From positions 75,817 to 139,816 of the IMG/VR virus record IMGVR_UViG_3300000553_000005: DNA of 64,000 bases; one strand, written 5' to 3'. This DNA comes from a virus. The position numbers were made by a program, and so were the translations under genes. Positions 51,409-64,000 of this stretch are shown in pieces; position 1 is the first letter of the stretch; the number at the start of each line of letters is the position of its first letter. The notes under the pieces are model-generated. The model ran no database searches. It was not told where the DNA came from and saw only the letters and a program-made list of their open reading frames with translations.

Positions 51409-51741
51409 ATGTATGCTGGCATGGAAAGTCATCAGAAGGGTTTTAATTTCTGGCTCCCCCTCGCTCTTCTTGGGGCAATCTTTGCCATCATGATTGGTGC
51501 TGCTGCTTGTGGGATAGCTTCAGCTTCAACAGAACAACGTTCTGATCGTGTCTGGAAGGCCCAGCAAGACCTTATGCCCCATGAGAGTTTCTATGTCTGC
51601 CCTAAGTGTGGGAGCCACGACACCAAAATCCAGTATCATCGTAAGGATCAGGTTTGCAGTTGTCTTGGTCGTCCCTGTGATATAGACCATCTTGCTGTTG
51701 AATGCAAACGTTGTGGTTTTGAAGGCTACGATCCTAAGTAA
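51409..51741 (+). CDS. Membrane-anchored zinc-ribbon protein
   Basis: Hydrophobic segment; CPKC and CKRC. Confidence 0.6.
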   Translation: MYAGMESHQKGFNFWLPLALLGAIFAIMIGAAACGIASASTEQRSDRVWKAQQDLMPHESFYVCPKCGSHDTKIQYHRKDQVCSCLGRPCDIDHLAVECKRCGFEGYDPK

Positions 51742-51772
51742 AGCTCAGTATTGAACAAGAGGAGAACGAAAC

Positions 51773-52021
51773 ATGAAATACTTCCTAGCTATCGCCGCTG
51801 TTCTAGCTCTTACAGCTTGCACAGACGCTCAACGTGCCAAGATTACTTCCGTTGGTTCAGCCCATCATGTCCAGCTTTACTCAGGTGGTAAGCTAATTGG
51901 CGAATGGGATTCTACTGGTGCTGTGACCAATGAAGAACATTCTGATGGTTTTGTCTTTGTGGACGCGAAGACCCATAAGAATATTGAGGTTGCGGGTCAG
52001 ATTATCATCACTCAAGAATAA
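51773..52021 (+). CDS. Phage lipoprotein
   Basis: Signal peptide with lipobox LTAC; AGGAG RBS. Confidence 0.75.
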   Translation: MKYFLAIAAVLALTACTDAQRAKITSVGSAHHVQLYSGGKLIGEWDSTGAVTNEEHSDGFVFVDAKTHKNIEVAGQIIITQE

Positions 52022-52070
52022 ATTTTTTGCAAGTGAACAAATTTTTGAAATTTCAGTATTAAGATAGAGT

Positions 52071-52181
52071 AGGGCCAAGGATAACAAAAGAACACGCAGT
52101 TGTTGTTACCTCCTTAAAGCAGTACGAAGTTGCAGTTGTCATTTTCAAGCGAAGCACATTAAGATTAAACTTCTTGGCCCT
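52071..52181 (+). ncRNA. Stem-closed RNA unit A (possible Y-like RNA)
   Basis: AGGGCCAAGGA/TTCTTGGCCCT 11-bp closing stem just after the AGTATTA motif. Confidence 0.55.
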
Positions 52182-52191
52182 TCTTTGACAG

Positions 52192-52299
52192 TAGACGCAA
52201 TTCAGCGACATTCCTATTTATGATGCTGAGAGGAGGGGTGGTCGAACCCTCAAAGATAGTTTCCCATTTCGGGTTAGTACCTTCGACCGAAAGCGTCTA
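52192..52299 (+). ncRNA. RNA unit B (divergent repeat member with pseudoknot)
   Basis: TAGACGC/GCGTCTA stem; GAGGG/CCCTC hairpin whose loop GGTCGAA pairs with TTCGACC. Confidence 0.65.
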
Positions 52300-52312
52300 G
52301 TTTTTGTTTTAC

Positions 52313-52385
52313 CCTCTAATTCACGGCAGTCCGTAGAGAGTACGGTGAGAGAAGTCGCCCAAAAAAGGCGAAGCGACATTAGAGG
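52313..52385 (+). ncRNA. RNA unit C
   Basis: CCTCTAAT/ATTAGAGG stem enclosing CCGTA/TACGG and TCGCC/GGCGA hairpins. Confidence 0.55.
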
Positions 52386-52395
52386 TTATTGACAG

Positions 52396-52748
52396 AAGGC
52401 ACACACCAGCAACCCAACCCTTTGACAGTGAGTTAGAGCCCACTCACACTAATAAAAAGCTCAAAAGGTGCCTTGTATTTTTTGTTTTACAGGTTTGTGT
52501 GATCCTGTTCAAATCACATTCACTATTCTTGAGACACACACCAGCAACCCAATCGTAGGGGAAACTCTACATCGTATAGTTAAGCCGCAGTGAGACTTAA
52601 CAAACAGGTTTGTGCGATCCTGTTCAAATCGCTCAAAGGTGTCTCGCCTTTTGTCGATAAGACACACACCAGCAACCCAAAATCTTACAAGGTTACTTGT
52701 ACCGAGTGGTTGGATACGCCACGTTAACTTGTGTCCAAAAGGTGTCTT
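52396..52748 (+). repeat. Three repeat RNA units D (52396-52474), E (52531-52645) and F (52659-52748)
   Basis: Invariant CACACACCAGCAACCCAA; covarying 7-bp closing stems; variable pseudoknot interiors. Confidence 0.85.
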
Positions 52749-52789
52749 GCTTTTTGTCCCATCGTGGGACCATTCATAGGAGAACGACA

Positions 52790-54253
52790 ATGACCAACCA
52801 GCTAATCGCCGCCCTCAAGACTTCACAGAACGTGACCTTCACTGAAAATGGTGCTGTGTCTAATGAAACTACGTTTAGTGATATTCTCGATCTGTTTTAT
52901 CACGCCCCTGCTCGTAGGGGTCAGGATAACACCGACCTCTTCAAGAAGGCGATGGCCGAAGATCATCAGACTGCGGTTCGTGCGTTGTTCTACATTCGTG
53001 ACATTCGTGGTGGACAGGGTGAGCGTGAAACGTTCCGCCAGGGACTTCGTTTCCTCCATGCCAACTACCCCGCTATTTTCAATGCGGTTATCTCTCTGGT
53101 GCCTGAGTATGGCCGTTGGGATGACGTTATTGAATACGTGCATGACAAGGGTGTACAGCAGCTTGTGGCTACCCAGCTATCGGCTGACTCCATTTCTGAC
53201 AAGTCTGTCTCTCTTTTGGCTAAGTGGATGCCTTCGGTGAACACTTCCAGCAAGAAGACCAAGGCTCTGGCCCACAAGTGGCTCAAGGTGCTTGGCCTGA
53301 CTGAGCGTGAGTATCGTAAGGTACTGTCTCGTCTTCGCGCTAGGACCGATGTTACTGAGGTCAAAATGTCTGCTCGTACCTGGTCTGCCATTAACTACTC
53401 TAGGGTAGCTTCTAAGGCCAGCTTGCGCTATCGCACTGCTTTCCACAAGCACGATGGCTCCCGCTACACCAGCTTCCTTGAGGCTGCTGTCAAGGGCGAG
53501 GTGAAGATCAACTCTGCCACTCTCTACCCTTACGATCTGACTGGGAAGTATCTTGGTTTCGGTATTTTCGGCTCCAATGGTACCCTGGACATGACCGTTG
53601 AGGCTCAGTGGAAGCAGCTTCCTAACTATTGCGCTACTGACACTAACGCTCTAGTGGTCTGCGATACCTCTGGCTCCATGTATGGTGGACTTCCCGGTGC
53701 CCCCTCTCCTATCTCTGTAGCTGTGTCTCTGGCACTCTACATCTCCGAAAGGAACCAGGGTGCTTTCAAGGATCACTTCATCACTTTCTCCGACCAGCCC
53801 AAGCTCCAGCGCATCAAGGGTACCACTCTGTTCGATAGGTGCAACTCCCTGAAGCAAGCCAATTGGGGTATGAACACCAATCTTCAGGGTGTGTTCGATA
53901 CCATTCTGTCCACTGCTGTTCGTGGTCGCATCCCCCAGGCTGAGATGCCTTCGGCTCTCTTCATCGTGTCGGATATGGAGTTTGACTCCTGCTGCGATAC
54001 TCATACTAACTTTGATCACATCAAAGCTAAGTATGCTGCGGCTGGCTACACCATGCCCAAGCTGGTGTTCTGGAACGTGAACTCGCGCAATATGCAGACT
54101 CCCGTTACCATGGACGAGAAGGGAACCTATCTAGTTTCGGGTTGCTCCCCCACCATCTTTGCCAAGGCCATCAATACTCAGGCTACTACACCCATACAGA
54201 TGATGCTGGAAACATTAAATGGCCCTCGCTACGAGAAGATTGTAGTTGCTTAA
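52790..54253 (+). CDS. DUF2828-family protein (TROVE/Ro60-like helical domain plus vWA)
   Basis: TENGA, RDIRGGQGER, YGRWDD, LAKWMPS, LYPYD, DTSGSM, SDMEFD and VFWNV; AGGAG RBS. Confidence 0.88.
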   Translation: MTNQLIAALKTSQNVTFTENGAVSNETTFSDILDLFYHAPARRGQDNTDLFKKAMAEDHQTAVRALFYIRDIRGGQGERETFRQGLRFLHANYPAIFNAVISLVPEYGRWDDVIEYVHDKGVQQLVATQLSADSISDKSVSLLAKWMPSVNTSSKKTKALAHKWLKVLGLTEREYRKVLSRLRARTDVTEVKMSARTWSAINYSRVASKASLRYRTAFHKHDGSRYTSFLEAAVKGEVKINSATLYPYDLTGKYLGFGIFGSNGTLDMTVEAQWKQLPNYCATDTNALVVCDTSGSMYGGLPGAPSPISVAVSLALYISERNQGAFKDHFITFSDQPKLQRIKGTTLFDRCNSLKQANWGMNTNLQGVFDTILSTAVRGRIPQAEMPSALFIVSDMEFDSCCDTHTNFDHIKAKYAAAGYTMPKLVFWNVNSRNMQTPVTMDEKGTYLVSGCSPTIFAKAINTQATTPIQMMLETLNGPRYEKIVVA

Positions 54254-54272
54254 CGGCACTATAGTAGCGAGT

Positions 54273-54306
54273 AAAGGTGAGAATCGTAGTAGATTCTCAC
54301 CTTTTT
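54273..54306 (+). terminator. Rho-independent terminator
   Basis: AAAGGTGAGAATC/GATTCTCACCTTT followed by Ts. Confidence 0.85.
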
Positions 54307-54332
54307 ATTTGTCCGATCAGAGAGGAGAAGAA

Positions 54333-54596
54333 ATGAACGGTTTAGACCCTTGTGCTTATATCAGAGAGACTTATGGTATTCCAATTTTCATTGGGCAGAG
54401 AGTCAAATTTCATTTTCATGTTCCATCTCATATCTTGGGCGCAACTTCTCAAGGAGGATGGATAACCGGAGCTAGCAATCATATTCATGTCATTCTGGAT
54501 GGAGAACATCATGCTAGAGCCTTTCATCCAGCTTGGCTCGTAACTTATTATAATCCAGATGGTACGGAAATGGTATCTTTTGGGGATACGTATTGA
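54333..54596 (+). CDS. Hypothetical protein
   Basis: AGGAG RBS; YIRETYG..G.RV and FHP.W. Confidence 0.6.
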   Translation: MNGLDPCAYIRETYGIPIFIGQRVKFHFHVPSHILGATSQGGWITGASNHIHVILDGEHHARAFHPAWLVTYYNPDGTEMVSFGDTY

Positions 54597-54725
54597 ACCA
54601 GAAGATACTCCAGTTTTTATTTATCAAAAAATATAAGTAATCAACAATCATATAATTTTAGTATATAATATGTAGAGTGTAATCTTAGGGGGTTACACTC
54701 ACATCTCAGACATATAGGAGGATAT

Positions 54726-55151
54726 ATGCTAATCAAGAAACAAACCCCTGCCTCAGTAAATCTTTTTGGAGGTGGCTCTCCTTTCTCCTGGAACCCTTTT
54801 GGTTCATGGGATCAGTCTTTTGGGAATTTCTTTTCCGAATTGGAGCCAACTTGTTGGGATCAAGCCGAATCAGAAGACAGCGTGACTGTATCTTTAGTAG
54901 TTCCTGGGTTTAAACAAGAAGAACTAGATATCGAAGTTCATCATCGTGGTTTTTCTGTCAAGGGCAAATCAACAGTCTATTCTCGTAGTTATGCTATTGA
55001 TAGGACTTTGGGCTGTAAGATTGTTCCTGATAGCACTCAAGCAATTTTAGAGAATGGAATTTTAACTTTAACTTTTAAGAAGGAATCGGCTAGAAAAACT
55101 GAAGCGGTTATTAAAGTTAAGGCTCACTCTCCTAATGAGTTAGCCGGTTAA
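54726..55151 (+). CDS. Small heat-shock protein (Hsp20/alpha-crystallin)
   Basis: VPGFKQEELDIEV and AILENGILTL. Confidence 0.85.
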   Translation: MLIKKQTPASVNLFGGGSPFSWNPFGSWDQSFGNFFSELEPTCWDQAESEDSVTVSLVVPGFKQEELDIEVHHRGFSVKGKSTVYSRSYAIDRTLGCKIVPDSTQAILENGILTLTFKKESARKTEAVIKVKAHSPNELAG

Positions 55152-55171
55152 TAACCTTTTATACTATATAA

Positions 55172-60409
<5,238 letters not shown>

Positions 60410-60410
60410 T

Positions 60411-61538
60411 ATGCGAATGCTTGTTCCAAAATCTCCGACAGTTGCATCTTCAACATATCTTTCTTATGTCAATGCAGATCTTGTTACGTATGGTAGTAGT
60501 ATAGCTACGGAAGTTGCTAGTGGGGATCCAGCGACTTATGCTGGAACTTGTTATTATATTACTGGATTAACAAGTATGGTTGAATCAACAGGAGACTTAC
60601 CTACAATGGATACTGTTGTTGGTTATGTAATGTCAATGATAGCTACCGCTCAACCTTTAGTTAGAAATAGTATTACTTACCAAGTTTGGTACCCATTGGA
60701 TACGAATGGGAATCCCCAACAAGCTGATCATTTTAAAGCCATTGCTCCTATGGCTAGATTAGCTGCGTTAATTCATAGCACTTTTGCTTCTCGTTATCCA
60801 ACTCAATTAACAACAATTTTAGCATTTATTAATAGTGCTATTTTTGGTTATTGGTTTGATAAAAATACTGGTGTTTATAATGACCCAAGCGGCCCTTATC
60901 TTGGTGGCACAATTCCATGGTTATCCGCTACTTATGGTGGTTGGGGAACATATGCAGTATGGCAATCTGAAGCTACTCATTTAGCTATCATTGCAGCTTA
61001 TATGTATCAAGCAACTGGATTACCTATCTACTCAGAATATGCTACTAGAATCGGTTCAGATTTTAAAAACCATATTCAAAAACAGGTTGGTGGTGCAACA
61101 ATGTGGGATAGTGGAATTGAGTTAAGTGGCGCTGGGGGTGATCCAGATGCTACCGCAGGTTATGAAGATACTAGTCATGCAAATCGGGAACCGTGGATGA
61201 TAATCGCTCTTTACGAGACTGGTATTGTGTACACATTAGCTGATATAGCTGGTATGTCCTACATATTTTTGGATTTTATTTGGAATCAGGACATCGCCAA
61301 TCCAATGTTTTATAACTACATAAATGGATCTAATGTAGCGTATCGAACAGCTACTGCGTATCAAAATGGGATCATTTATGCCGGTTGGAGTATGCTAGCG
61401 AAATATTCTGATGCGGTCAGATACGTGGTTGATAAATCAAATTCCCTCATAAGAATTGGAAGTGGATTAAACACATCATTATCAGAAAACAATAGTAGTT
61501 ACGGACGTATTTGTTTATCCGGTAACCTATCCCACTGA
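60411..61538 (+). CDS. Aromatic-rich alpha-helical protein, possibly a glycosidase-like toroid associated with the fibre
   Basis: YQATGLPIYSEYA-type helix and EDTSHAN motif; coupled to the fibre gene. Confidence 0.5.
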   Translation: MRMLVPKSPTVASSTYLSYVNADLVTYGSSIATEVASGDPATYAGTCYYITGLTSMVESTGDLPTMDTVVGYVMSMIATAQPLVRNSITYQVWYPLDTNGNPQQADHFKAIAPMARLAALIHSTFASRYPTQLTTILAFINSAIFGYWFDKNTGVYNDPSGPYLGGTIPWLSATYGGWGTYAVWQSEATHLAIIAAYMYQATGLPIYSEYATRIGSDFKNHIQKQVGGATMWDSGIELSGAGGDPDATAGYEDTSHANREPWMIIALYETGIVYTLADIAGMSYIFLDFIWNQDIANPMFYNYINGSNVAYRTATAYQNGIIYAGWSMLAKYSDAVRYVVDKSNSLIRIGSGLNTSLSENNSSYGRICLSGNLSH

Positions 61539-61605
61539 TCCCTGTCCAAAAATAAAATGCTTCTTTTCCTTTAGAACCTAGTATAATAAAGAGAAGGGGA
61601 AACGT

Positions 61606-62718
61606 GTGATTAGTTTTGATATTAAATCCTTGCCACTCTGTATTCTGGAGGAATTAGAACAAATGGCGAAGCCTCATGATTCAAATGCTACGTTTCGTTT
61701 CGTAGGGGGTTGTGTACGTGACACTATTCTGGGCCGTAAGCCTAAGGATTTTGATATCGTCACCAATACTACGGCTGATACGTTAGAGAAAATGGGTTTG
61801 GAGAATGTGGGTAAATTTTTCCCCGTCTACTTGCATAATACCAATTATGGTCACATTGAAGTTGCTGTGGCTCGTTCCGAAGAGAAAGTGGGAGCAGGGC
61901 ATAAAGGATTTGTCACTACCCCTACTGGCAACTATGAAGATGATCGTGTTCGCCGTGATTTGACCATGAACGCGATGATGGTGGATGCGGCTGGAACTTT
62001 GTACGGCTGGGAAGTTGGCTACGAGGCCATTGCTGCTAAAACCATGGAGCAAGTTTCCAATAAGTTTGCAGAGGACCCCCTGCGCGTTCTCAGAGTGGCT
62101 CGTTTCGCTGCTCAACTAGGTGCTGATTGGACGGTTAGCCCTCGACTGGTTAAGACTATGTGGCAAATGCAACCTGAACTAGCTACACTCCCTCCTGATA
62201 GGGTGCGAGAGGAGTTGAAGAAGGTCTTTGCATCGATGGCCCCTCATCGTTTCTTTGAGGTTCTGAAGGCTTCCGATTGTCTGTCCCCCTGGTTCCCCGG
62301 ATTGACACAGAACTTTCATGTTGTAACTTCTATGATCTCTTATGGTGCAACTAATAATTGGACTTTTGAGCAATTCATGATTGGTATTGGTGCTGTTACC
62401 GATCCAGATTTCCTAATTCACTTGGGAGTTGGCAAAGCTGAAAGAAAAGCTGTTCATTATCTTCAAATTTATAAAGAGAAGATGAAGAAGGCTAGACAGT
62501 GTGATTCCTTCACTCTGGTTCAAATAGTCAAGTGTAGTTGCGGAATTCTGTCTTTGGAACAACTCTTGGATTGTGTTCTTATGGATAATTATGCTGATTC
62601 TAAGGATTACATCCTGAAGTGCCAGGATGCTATAAAGGCTGTTGATATGAATGGGGTGACAGGAGTTGATGACGCTATGGCGCGTATGGATATGGCCGTA
62701 ACGAAAGTAAGCAAGTAG
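61606..62718 (+). CDS. cca: tRNA nucleotidyltransferase (CCA-adding, class II)
   Basis: VGGCVRD..LG..PKDFD, RRDLTMNA and EDPLRVLRVARF. Confidence 0.92.
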   Translation: MISFDIKSLPLCILEELEQMAKPHDSNATFRFVGGCVRDTILGRKPKDFDIVTNTTADTLEKMGLENVGKFFPVYLHNTNYGHIEVAVARSEEKVGAGHKGFVTTPTGNYEDDRVRRDLTMNAMMVDAAGTLYGWEVGYEAIAAKTMEQVSNKFAEDPLRVLRVARFAAQLGADWTVSPRLVKTMWQMQPELATLPPDRVREELKKVFASMAPHRFFEVLKASDCLSPWFPGLTQNFHVVTSMISYGATNNWTFEQFMIGIGAVTDPDFLIHLGVGKAERKAVHYLQIYKEKMKKARQCDSFTLVQIVKCSCGILSLEQLLDCVLMDNYADSKDYILKCQDAIKAVDMNGVTGVDDAMARMDMAVTKVSK

Positions 62719-62755
62719 CAATTTGGATTTCCTGCCTCTTGTAATAGAGGCTGTT

Positions 62756-63454
62756 ATGCAGATTGTTCCTAATTTATCACAAACACCAATCTTGGGGATC
62801 AATCCACTTTGGTCCCCAGATTTATTTAGTATTATTGATGGCACATATGATATCTCTAATGTTGTACCGACCAATACTTCTCCTACGACTTTGATAAATT
62901 CTACTACCGGATTACCTTGGTTTACAACTGTGCCTACTTACGGGAAAATTCGTTACCCCCCAATTTCTCCAACTAATCATTCTTATTCATATTTTACAGG
63001 TTTTACCACATTTGTCAATCTCACTCTTACTGGAACAATCACTAGATATGTTGTAAATTCTGGTGGAGTTGGAGTTTCAGAAGATCCCACTACTGCCAGT
63101 GTTGTTAGCACTCATGGTAGCTATTATCCTTCAGATTCAGACGGTGGGCCGACTACTGTAACCATTACGAGTAGTCTGCTTTCTTCCCCGATTGTCTACA
63201 CTGTTGTTTCTGGAGATTTAACCGCAACAAATTCTTTTACCCACACTTTTGATAATCTTGTCACCGGACTTTATAATATAACCATTGAATCAGAATGGAG
63301 TGCCTCCAGATATGTTGATCACTCTGTCTATAATTATGACAATGAGATTTTAGTATTCCCTCCACCCAATCCTGCCCCCATTACTTTATCTCTCGATACC
63401 TTCATGACTATTAGCCTATCAAGATCAGACTCCTTAACAGTAGACGGTGGGTAA
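62756..63454 (+). CDS. Thr/Ser-rich probable virion protein
   Basis: AGAGG RBS; beta-rich composition. Confidence 0.55.
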   Translation: MQIVPNLSQTPILGINPLWSPDLFSIIDGTYDISNVVPTNTSPTTLINSTTGLPWFTTVPTYGKIRYPPISPTNHSYSYFTGFTTFVNLTLTGTITRYVVNSGGVGVSEDPTTASVVSTHGSYYPSDSDGGPTTVTITSSLLSSPIVYTVVSGDLTATNSFTHTFDNLVTGLYNITIESEWSASRYVDHSVYNYDNEILVFPPPNPAPITLSLDTFMTISLSRSDSLTVDGG

Positions 63455-63499
63455 TCCGATTGAATTTTAAATTCCTATTTCTATATTGAGGTAAGATTT

Positions 63500-64000
63500 A
63501 TGGCTATGTTTTTATCCAGATTGCTTATTGCAGAACTCCGTGTTGATCAAATTAATGCATTCAAGAAGCAATTCCAATTAACAGACGAACAGATTAAGGT
63601 TTGTAATGATGCTGACCCATCACCTAAAGGCACTTATTCCAGATGGTTATGTCAGGTCTACACTCAAACTAAAGGAAAAGACCCAGTTAAACTAAAAGCG
63701 GTTCAAGATCTAACTGAACCTCTAAAGAAGTATATGAAGTTGTGTAATAATCCAGATTTCCCTAAAGATAAAAAAGATATTGGACAGTTTACTCCGGATA
63801 CTCTACTAAAATTAGTTGGTAACGAAAGACGTTATTTAAGAAATCTCTCCCCTTCTGCCATTGAAAAACTTCTTAAATCTGAAGGTCTTCCTGGAGCTAA
63901 AATCATCTGGAATGGAGGCGGCTTCAAAATGTACTATGTCACTAATGCTGATTACGCCATGATTCTAGGATCTAATACGGGTTGGTGTACTGCGGCTAAT
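63500..64000 (+). CDS. Partial paralogue of the repeated module in 25120-28830 (runs off the window)
   Basis: Manual translation MAMFLSRLLIAE..ADPSPKGTYSRWLCQ..GSNTGWCTAAN; GAGG RBS; absent from the ORF track. Confidence 0.8.
   Translation, partial: MAMFLSRLLIAELRVDQINAFKKQFQLTDEQIKVCNDADPSPKGTYSRWLCQVYTQTKGKDPVKLKAVQDLTEPLKKYMKLCNNPDFPKDKKDIGQFTPDTLLKLVGNERRYLRNLSPSAIEKLLKSEGLPGAKIIWNGGGFKMYYVTNADYAMILGSNTGWCTAAN

Noticed and set aside
52428-52462. preQ1-I riboswitch
   Set aside because: Similar stem/A-rich-tail pseudoknot, but the loop consensus differs, it is embedded in a repeat unit, and no queuosine gene follows
52396-52748. CRISPR array
   Set aside because: Repeats are bipartite and pair across each unit, spacing is irregular, interiors are structured, and no cas genes are in the window
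52509-52790. Minus-strand 93-aa ORF and the upstream extension (52697) of the DUF2828 ORF
   Set aside because: They overlap covarying RNA structures; the clear RBS and family-typical start are at 52790
54675-54700. CIRCE element
   Set aside because: The arms are in the opposite order to TTAGCACTC-N9-GAGTGCTAA and diverge from it

Overview
A gene-dense, AT-rich 64 kb segment, mostly coded on the + strand, that looks like part of a jumbo (large tailed) phage genome using the standard genetic code. It carries replication and recombination genes: probable SSB, RuvC-like resolvase, RecA/UvsX, a split Rad50 plus Mre11, NAD-dependent ligase, an intein-containing DinG-type helicase and a DnaB-like helicase. 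It also has a broad RNA/nucleotide repair kit (Rnl1-type RNA ligase, CCA enzyme, AAA_33 kinase, cyclic-phosphate receiver, four metallophosphoesterases, HADs, NFACT-R, Pol-beta nucleotidyltransferases), homing-endonuclease insertions and relics, and a collagen-like fibre. The most striking element is at 52071-54306. An array of about six stem-closed structured RNAs lies directly upstream of a DUF2828 (TROVE/Ro60-like helical plus vWA) gene. Three units share an invariant 18-mer and covarying closing stems and carry variable pseudoknot cargo. A second orphan ~285-nt multi-pseudoknot RNA sits at 47951-48236. Three recurrent promoter-like motifs and a shared N-terminal peptide motif on putative late proteins are also visible. 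All calls are from reading motifs by eye; no searches or folding programs were run.
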